Below are positions 7,336 through 13,904 of a stretch of 13,904 nucleotides of DNA, piece after piece (the stretch's first letter is position 1; each line of letters starts with the position of its first letter). The notes beneath the pieces were generated by a model, which was not told the origin of the DNA, did not search any database, and worked only from the letters and a program-made list of their open reading frames with translations. Origin of the DNA: an uncultured archaeon. GTDB lineage: Archaea; Asgardarchaeota; Heimdallarchaeia; Heimdallarchaeales; Heimdallarchaeaceae. The stretch spans positions 1 to 13,904 of the forward strand of contig CAZHRF010000063.1 in the NCBI GenBank assembly GCA_964534625.1. Direction: 5' to 3'. A program made the translations under genes and the position numbers.

Positions 7336-8817
7336 TTAAATATCAGTTATAATATGTTTCATCATTTTTTTGGTACTTAGAACATCAATTATATACTCAA
7401 TATCCTTTTTAGTTATAATTTTTGATGAAATAAGAAATAATCCATAGATACCAATTATTAATATAAATGATAACAGTATGTACAAAAAAGAAAGATTAAA
7501 TGAAGATATTACCAAACATCCAATAACAAGAAAACATATAATAATTAGATTCAATACTGATTTTTTTGAGGGAGTTCCTATATTCCACTCTCTTTTACAA
7601 TAAACTCTAACTATGATAGTACTTAACAAAATAAAAACCCAAACACCAAAATCAATACCAATTATGTTAAGATATGGAATAAGAAAAAGCCATGATAAAA
7701 GAGACAAAATAAATCTGAGAGCCCACACAAATGTAATCATTTTAAGTTTTTCTGCAGCTGTTATCAAATTGAGATATGGTTTATATGTAGGTATATATAA
7801 TAGATAAAGCATAGAGCCATAGTAAAGATAAATACCTTTTTCATAGTAAATTTCTCCCATAAGTGATTTTATTATGAGATTGGCAAATAGTATTAATCCC
7901 ACAATTATAAATGTGCTAATTATTGTTAAATATTTTTCAAACATATAGATATTGCTTCTTAATTTGCTTATTTTAGCTTTTGTAAGCATTTGTGTAAAAT
8001 TAGGCAACAACAATGATTGAAATGTATTTTCCAAAACTTGGATTATACCAATAAAACTAGTAATGACTGCATATATCCCTAAAAGCTCTGAATCATAATG
8101 CATTAGAAAAAAGAATGGTCCTAAGTTATTTGCTAAAGCTAACATAAGACTTGATAGAACAAATACCTTACCTAACTCTCTATATCTCTTAAAAATATTT
8201 ACTTTAAAACTTGTAAATACATACTGTTTTTTATATAGAAAATATATTAGTTGTAAGATAGGAGTCAACATCATACTGCAAACATATATAAGAAAGTGTT
8301 GAAATATAATTATTGCAATTAAGGAAATGATAAATTGTACAATGCTACTAAGCAGAAGAGATATTTCAGTCTTGACAACATTAAGTCTTGCTCTAAAGCT
8401 CAGTATATAAATTTGGTTTATAGATGAAAATAAGTTTTTAAGATAAACAAATGAAAAAAGCCATATGATATTTTTTGTGTAAAATATAGTATTCTTGTTT
8501 AACTGAAATATAAATATAGATGATACAATTATTGTAGAGATAATAATTAATGTTAATTTTAATATAAGAAAAGTTGAAAATACATCATACTGCTCAACTT
8601 TATTACCTTCACCTTTCTCTGCCATCAATTTCATATGTGGAACTTCTAAGCCAAAAGATGCAAAAAAAGTAAAAATTCCCATTAAGGATACTATTGCTTT
8701 TAAATCACCAAATTGTTCGGGTAAAAAGGTTTTTACTGAGAAGATATATAACACACCTTCAAAAAATGAAATAAAAAAACGTGTGATTAATATGAGTAGA
8801 GTTTTTCTGCCCAACAT
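7336..8817 (-). CDS. Oligosaccharide flippase / polysaccharide export protein (Wzx/MOP family)
   Basis: ~493-aa polytopic membrane protein with LPEQFG..FASFGL and LLGIYAV..LLPNFT motifs, in glycan-gene context. Likely start is ATG 8817, with a TTTTAAA box at 8851-8857 on the minus strand. Confidence 0.85.
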   Translation of the reverse strand: MLGRKTLLILITRFFISFFEGVLYIFSVKTFLPEQFGDLKAIVSLMGIFTFFASFGLEVPHMKLMAEKGEGNKVEQYDVFSTFLILKLTLIIISTIIVSSIFIFQLNKNTIFYTKNIIWLFSFVYLKNLFSSINQIYILSFRARLNVVKTEISLLLSSIVQFIISLIAIIIFQHFLIYVCSMMLTPILQLIYFLYKKQYVFTSFKVNIFKRYRELGKVFVLSSLMLALANNLGPFFFLMHYDSELLGIYAVITSFIGIIQVLENTFQSLLLPNFTQMLTKAKISKLRSNIYMFEKYLTIISTFIIVGLILFANLIIKSLMGEIYYEKGIYLYYGSMLYLLYIPTYKPYLNLITAAEKLKMITFVWALRFILSLLSWLFLIPYLNIIGIDFGVWVFILLSTIIVRVYCKREWNIGTPSKKSVLNLIIICFLVIGCLVISSFNLSFLYILLSFILIIGIYGLFLISSKIITKKDIEYIIDVLSTKKMMKHIITDI

Positions 8818-8869
8818 CTGTATTAAACCATATTGGTTTCTTTTTAGGGCTTTAAAACTTTTTATGTTA

Positions 8870-8887
8870 TTAGTACTTCCGAAATAG
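8870..8887 (-). repeat. Solo end of the 110-bp repeat family
   Basis: TTAGTACTTCCGAAATAG is the exact reverse complement of the last 18 nt of copy 1; no partner end is seen 110 bp away. Confidence 0.75.
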
Positions 8888-9038
8888 GGTTTGCACACCA
8901 CTTCAAAAGCGTAAGCATCCCCTTTTCTATACCTTGAGCAAAAATTCCGTTTGTATTTGCATTACATTGTAAGGAAAACCTAAGATCTTTTATATGCTTT
9001 GGTTATATTTATATATTCTATATTGATATACAGATAAT

Positions 9039-9968
9039 ATGAAAGTCTTAATAACTGGAGGTTTGGGGTTTATTGGTTCCCATTTAACACAAAAATTAGT
9101 TCAAGAAAATCACAATGTGACAGTTTTGACTAAAACCAAAAATAAAATTAATAATATTAAAACTGTCAAAAATAAAATAAACATAATAGTAAAGGACATA
9201 AAAAACATTGGTGAAGAAGTTAGTAATTTTGATGTAATTTTTCATCTTGCAAGTACTACTGACAATTATGCTATAGTGGAAAATGACCTAGAGAGAGATA
9301 TTGAGACTAATTGTAAAGGGACTCTCTATTTACTTCACGCATGTAAAGAGTATAATCCTAGCGTTAAGATTATTTTTGGGAGTTCATTTTTTGTTATTGG
9401 TAATCCAGAGTTGATTCCTGTTAATGAGTCAGCTTCTTGTGATCCCTTATCTCTTTATCCTGCTACAAAACTATGTGCAGAACACATCTGTAAAATTTAT
9501 TTTAGAGTTTTTGATTTGGATATAGTTATAGCTAGATTTGCAAATGTTTACGGACCAAGAGAAAAAGGGCGTGATAAGAAAAAAGCTGCATTTAATTACA
9601 TGATTAATCAAGCTGTGAATGATAATGAATTAACTCTTTATGACAAAGGTGATTTTGTAAGGGATTATATTTATGTTGAGGATGTAGTGAGTGCTTTAAC
9701 AATAATTATGGAGAAAGCAATGGGTGGAGAAATATATCACATTGGTTCAGGTAAAGGTATAAAAATTAAAAATTTGTTTGAAATGACTGTTGATATTGTT
9801 GATTCTGGTCAAATAGTAGAAATTCAAACACCCAAATTTCATAAAAATGTTGGGATCAGGGATTTTATATTCGATATTTCAAAAATCAGATCATTAGGTT
9901 GGGAGCCAAAATTTAGTATTAGAGAAGGAATAAAAAGGACTGCGGAATATTATAAAAAACAGGTGTGA
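9039..9968 (+). CDS. NAD-dependent nucleotide-sugar epimerase/dehydratase/reductase (extended SDR)
   Basis: VLITGGLGFIGSHL, IFHLAS, YPATK (YxxxK), RFANVYGP, RDYIYVED. TTTATATA box at 9008-9015. Confidence 0.93.
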   Translation: MKVLITGGLGFIGSHLTQKLVQENHNVTVLTKTKNKINNIKTVKNKINIIVKDIKNIGEEVSNFDVIFHLASTTDNYAIVENDLERDIETNCKGTLYLLHACKEYNPSVKIIFGSSFFVIGNPELIPVNESASCDPLSLYPATKLCAEHICKIYFRVFDLDIVIARFANVYGPREKGRDKKKAAFNYMINQAVNDNELTLYDKGDFVRDYIYVEDVVSALTIIMEKAMGGEIYHIGSGKGIKIKNLFEMTVDIVDSGQIVEIQTPKFHKNVGIRDFIFDISKIRSLGWEPKFSIREGIKRTAEYYKKQV

Positions 9969-9971
9969 TTA

Positions 9972-11270
9972 ATGAAAGATTTTGAACAACTCAAAAATGA
10001 TTTTTATAATGGTATCATCAAAGAATATGATTCGTCTCAAGAAAAAGTATCTGGTCGTGATTATTTAAATTATGCTGGAGCTATTTATAATCATAGTGAA
10101 ATCATATCTATGTTTAATTCTATATTAGACGGTTGGTTTGGTTTGGGTAAACATGCCCTGGATTTTGAAGATAAATTTGCACTATATCACAATTTACGAC
10201 ATGCATTAGTGACTAATTCTGGTTCTTCTGCAAACTTATTAGCTATTTCTTCTATTTGTTCTCCAAAATTAGAACACAGATGTATGAAGGGCGATGAAAT
10301 AATAACGCCAGCTTCCACCTTTCCTACTACTCTTAATCCAATTTTACAGAATCAATTAAAACCTGTATTCATTGATGTTGAATTAGGAACATATAATATT
10401 GATGTTTCTTTGATAAAACAAGCAATATCCAAACAGACTAAAGGTATTTTTATTCCTCATGTACTTGGTAATCCAAATCAAATGGATGTTATAATGGATA
10501 TTGCACAGGAACATGATTTATTTGTAATTGAAGATTGCTGCGATGCTTTAGGCTCTAGATTTGATGGAAAGAAAGTTGGTTCTTTTGGTGATTTTGGAAC
10601 CTTTAGTTTCTATGCTGCTCATCATATGACAATGGGTGAGGGTGGAGCAATCGTCACAAATGACACAAAGTTAAGAAATATTGCTATATCCTTTAGAGAT
10701 TGGGGTAGAGATTGTTTCTGTCGATATAATGAGGAAAATCCAAATGGTGCTTGTAATCAAAGATTCAACTTTAAAGTTAATGGTATTCAAGTGGACCATA
10801 GATATTTCTATACCCATATTGGTTATAATTTGAAACCTACAGAAATACAATGTGCAATGGGTGTTGAACAATTAAAAAAAATTGAATTATTTCATAAAAT
10901 TAGAAAGCGAAATTTCAACATTTTATTCAAGAGACTAGAAAACTACCAAGATCGGCTTATTCTCCCCAAAACCGCTCCCAAATCCGATGTTAGCTGGTTT
11001 GCATTTCCAATAACAATTAGAGATAATAATGGTATAAACCGCAATTCAATTATGAAATTTTTAGAGAAGAACAAAATCCAGACAAGAGTTTTATTTACTG
11101 GAAATATATTAAAACATCCTGCTTACAAAGAAATTGAATATAAAGTAGCCAGTAATCTTAAAAATTCAGATCTCATAATGCAAAACACCTTTTTTGTTGG
11201 AGTATATCCAGGTTTAACCGAAGATAATATGAATTATATCGCCGATAAAATATGTGAATTTATTTCATAA
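9972..11270 (+). CDS. rfbH: NDP-4-keto-6-deoxyglucose 3-dehydratase (RfbH/DdhC, E1)
   Basis: DegT-fold protein with NSGSSANL, FPTT, EDCCDALG, SFYAAHHMTMGEGG (His in place of the Schiff-base Lys) and WGRDCFC..C..DHRY Fe-S ligand motif. Confidence 0.92.
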   Translation: MKDFEQLKNDFYNGIIKEYDSSQEKVSGRDYLNYAGAIYNHSEIISMFNSILDGWFGLGKHALDFEDKFALYHNLRHALVTNSGSSANLLAISSICSPKLEHRCMKGDEIITPASTFPTTLNPILQNQLKPVFIDVELGTYNIDVSLIKQAISKQTKGIFIPHVLGNPNQMDVIMDIAQEHDLFVIEDCCDALGSRFDGKKVGSFGDFGTFSFYAAHHMTMGEGGAIVTNDTKLRNIAISFRDWGRDCFCRYNEENPNGACNQRFNFKVNGIQVDHRYFYTHIGYNLKPTEIQCAMGVEQLKKIELFHKIRKRNFNILFKRLENYQDRLILPKTAPKSDVSWFAFPITIRDNNGINRNSIMKFLEKNKIQTRVLFTGNILKHPAYKEIEYKVASNLKNSDLIMQNTFFVGVYPGLTEDNMNYIADKICEFIS

Positions 11271-11313
11271 TTCGTGTGAATATTCATGCTCAAATATTCT
11301 CTTTCTTGATTTT

Positions 11314-11712
11314 ATTATCAGTTATCTTATTATTTCCAAAGATTCTTCAGCTATTCACATTAGCAACACTGATGTCTTTTTTATTATTTCTAGCTGTTTC
11401 ATTGAAAACGCTAGTCTTTCAGGTGAAGCAGGTATCTAGTTTTCTCCTTTTCTAATAGTACCATTTCCAATAACACTCTTTATGATAATACCACTATAGA
11501 TTTATATCCTTGTTCTGTTTCAAGTATTCTACTTTCTAATAACACTTTAATCAACAATAATCATGGTATCTATCTTCATTCTGGTTCCAATAATATCCCA
11601 TCTCACAATAAAGTAACTAATAATAATCGTGGGATTTATCTCATTTCTAGTTCTAATAACACTTTGACTTCTAATATAATTAAAGATAACGCTCATCATG
11701 GTCTCTTTGTTG
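11314..11712 (+). pseudogene. NosD/CASH right-handed beta-helix surface protein remnant
   Basis: AIHISNTDVFFIISSCFIEN..AGI* (stop at 11437-11439), a frameshift, then repeats ISNNTL, SNNTLINNNHGIYLHSGSNN, NNNRGIYLISSSNNTLTSNIIKDNAHHG. No credible start. Confidence 0.75.
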
Positions 11713-11725
11713 TTTTTCTTGTTTT

Positions 11726-11947
11726 ACTTCTTCTACTTCTTCTTTACCCGAGATTATTAATGATTCTACACTAATGGTTAATACTTACGATATTAATGAT
11801 ATTATCAATACTATGTTGTTTCTTGTGAATGATGAAGATTTACAAAACAATCTAAGTAAGAAAGGTTTACGTAGATCCATTCATTTTACTTGGAAAAAAT
11901 CTGCTCAAGATGTTTATCAATTATATCAAGAAGTTCTAAAAGAATGA
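11726..11947 (+). pseudogene. C-terminal fragment of a GT4 glycosyltransferase
   Basis: TSSTSSLPEIINDSTLMVNTYDINDI..NDEDLQNNLSKKGLRRSIHFTWKKSAQDVYQLYQEVLKE*, a typical GT4 C-terminus; the N-terminus is absent. Confidence 0.82.
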
Positions 11948-11982
11948 TAATTATATCCTTGTAAACCCCTTGATTTTTTATT

Positions 11983-12092
11983 TTAGTACTTCCGAAATGG
12001 TGCTCAACTGCTATACTTTTCATGATCAAATAATCAAAAATGCGATCTAAATGGATAATATCATTAATTTTTTCTTAATTCAGAAGTACTAT
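11983..12092 (-). mobile_element. 110-bp TIR-bounded repeat, copy 3 (inverted)
   Basis: Reverse complement aligns without gaps to copy 2 at 77/110 identities. Confidence 0.85.
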
Positions 12093-12150
12093 ATTTACAC
12101 CAAAATATATATACTAGAACATCCTACTTGTGATTTGAGGTTTAAGACTA

Positions 12151-12432
12151 ATGAGTGATAAACTAATTGGAATATTAATGATACTAGGATCTTTAGGCAT
12201 TTTTGGTGCAGTTATTGCTCTAACTATTGTAATGCCTATAGTAGGTGAATCCATTGAGATCGGTTATTGGGCTATAGCTATTATTGTTTCTCTAGCTATT
12301 CTTTTAGTCACGTTATTGACCGCATGGATAGGTTGGACACTATTGACAACCGAAGCTCCTGAAGCTGTTCTTGATGAAACCGCTGAAGAGGATTTAGATA
12401 CAACAGAAGATGAAGAGGGTTCTGAAGAATAA
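12151..12432 (+). CDS. Small two-TM membrane protein with acidic C-terminal tail
   Basis: 93 aa with two hydrophobic helices, WIGWTLLTT..P and a D/E-rich tail; SD-like GAGGT upstream and a T-tract downstream. Confidence 0.85.
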   Translation: MSDKLIGILMILGSLGIFGAVIALTIVMPIVGESIEIGYWAIAIIVSLAILLVTLLTAWIGWTLLTTEAPEAVLDETAEEDLDTTEDEEGSEE

Positions 12433-12491
12433 TTCCATTAACTTTTTTTAATTTTTTATTTAAACAGAAATTATGCTAGCAGTTGTTTGAG

Positions 12492-12583
12492 GTTCAAGTA
12501 GAACCTTTTATTGCTGATTTATTTTTGGAGATATCTTAAAACTTCAGTCACTAAACTTGTTTAAATAGAGCCTTTTATTGCTG
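12492..12583 (+). repeat. Two-copy 25-bp direct repeat, 67-bp period
   Basis: GTTCAAGTAGAACCTTTTATTGCTG (12492-12516) and GTTTAAATAGAGCCTTTTATTGCTG (12559-12583), 22/25 identical. Confidence 0.75.
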
Positions 12584-12859
12584 GTCTATCTAATAAAGTT
12601 AAAAGTATGTTGAACTTTAATTACACTCTCTAATCTAATTGTAAATTGAACTACTCAGTGAATGATATATTAATTATCTCATATCCTATTTTCAAGTACT
12701 AGCTCATGAACTTCAAATTTCATCTCATTATGTTTTTTCACTCATTACATCCTACTTATACTTAGACGGGGATATTTTTGTCAACTAAGATGAACTCTGA
12801 GTTTCAAGTAATAGCTCCCAATGACTAACTATTTAATCTAATAGTTCTCTAATGACTAA

Positions 12860-13357
12860 ATGAATAACAGCCACTACAAACGGACATTTCTTTCTCCTTT
12901 TGTCAAGATCAGTTCTTTTCTTGTTTTTCTTTCTATTATCGCTATTTTTCAACTATTTCCTTTACCTTATTCAGGCAATACTGAATATGTCTCTCTTTCA
13001 AAACACCAGTTTTTGAATGACTATACTCTGTACGAGGGTGATAAAATTACTCTTGGTCATCTTACCATCAATGAAATCATTTCTCTCAATTCTACCCATT
13101 ATTACGCTAAAACAACAGATGATCTATTTCTTCTTTGTAATAATTCTCTTTCTATAACTACTGGTGGTCGTTTAACTATTCGTGGTATATCTTATCTTGT
13201 TTCACAAGGTCATATTCTAGTTATTGATTATCATTCTTTCCGCCTCTCTCCTTACTATTTCTCTGTTCCTGGTATAGTCTTATTTCTTGTCCTTTTCTTT
13301 CTCAACTTCAAGATCAACTGGTTTTCTCTTACTATTTATCCCCGGAGGAAGGTCTAA
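12860..13357 (+). CDS. Hypothetical membrane protein (two TM helices around a small beta-rich domain)
   Basis: 165-aa ORF whose stop overlaps the next start (TAATG). Confidence 0.75.
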   Translation: MNNSHYKRTFLSPFVKISSFLVFLSIIAIFQLFPLPYSGNTEYVSLSKHQFLNDYTLYEGDKITLGHLTINEIISLNSTHYYAKTTDDLFLLCNNSLSITTGGRLTIRGISYLVSQGHILVIDYHSFRLSPYYFSVPGIVLFLVLFFLNFKINWFSLTIYPRRKV

Positions 13358-13866
13358 TGCCTGATATCTTTACTCATTTACTTTTAGGCTTATCTCTTGG
13401 TATCCTTTGGAAGCAAGAAACTAAGGAAGATTTTTTGTTAATTGTTATTGGTTCTGTTATCATTGACATAGAACGTCCTTTGAGTTTGATCTTTACTCAT
13501 TTCTTTGATTGGGGTTTTACTCGTGGTTTCCATTCTTTATTCGGTGCTTTTTGTTTATCTTCTCTCTTAGCTTTTTGCTTTGACCTTGATCATCGTTCTT
13601 TTTTTGCTAAATTCAAATTACTCTTTATTGGTTGTTTAGTTCATCTCTTTGCTGATATGACTTTTCAGAAATGGCCTGAGGTAGGTATTCATTTCCTTTA
13701 TCCTTTACGCATTCCTTTTTCTTTCAATCTTCTCTGGTCTGATTTCCTATGGTTTCCTGTTATAGGTCTAAGTTTATTCACTGCTAGTTTATTAGGTAGA
13801 TACTTCTATGAAAACTATTATCGTAAGAACCACTCATCGTTTAAGGAGATCCTCTGGCTGGATTGA
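13357..13866 (+). CDS. Membrane-bound metal-dependent hydrolase (YdjM-like)
   Basis: MPDIFTH, GSVIIDIE, RGFHSL, HLFAD, LYP motifs; hydrophobic. Confidence 0.85.
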   Translation: MPDIFTHLLLGLSLGILWKQETKEDFLLIVIGSVIIDIERPLSLIFTHFFDWGFTRGFHSLFGAFCLSSLLAFCFDLDHRSFFAKFKLLFIGCLVHLFADMTFQKWPEVGIHFLYPLRIPFSFNLLWSDFLWFPVIGLSLFTASLLGRYFYENYYRKNHSSFKEILWLD

Positions 13867-13904
13867 TTTACTAAACTAGGCTATTATTATTGAATTCTAC
13901 CATG

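Noticed and set aside
11450-11700. Periodic YAATAACAC motifs suggesting a CRISPR or TIGR array
   Set aside because: Explained by SNNTL protein repeats of the NosD remnant.
12492-12583. Mini-CRISPR interpretation of the 67-bp-period repeat
   Set aside because: Only two imperfect copies, no cas genes and no leader evidence.

Overview
AT-rich, archaeal-looking window: TATA-like boxes lie ~25-35 nt upstream of most starts and there is a NosD-type surface-protein remnant; an Asgard-like host is a guess only. It holds a mosaic surface-glycan locus: a GT4 glycosyltransferase, rmlA/rfbA, a Wzx-type flippase, an NAD-dependent epimerase/reductase and an RfbH/DdhC 3-dehydratase. The locus is interleaved with mobile DNA: a decayed Mutator/ISH6-like IS (1-1702) and its 90-bp MITE (2928-3017), three exactly 110-bp TIR-bounded repeats plus a solo end, a possible IS630-like remnant, and an intact IS110 recombinase. 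The IS110 is the most unusual unit. It has a Rho_N/SAP-like N-terminal domain and a C-terminal extension, a structured upstream non-coding region with three internal-loop stem domains (bridge-RNA candidate), and a ~45-bp hairpin-containing direct repeat at each end. The right end of the window has NosD and GT4 pseudogene fragments and three small membrane-protein genes. All alignments and structures were done by eye.
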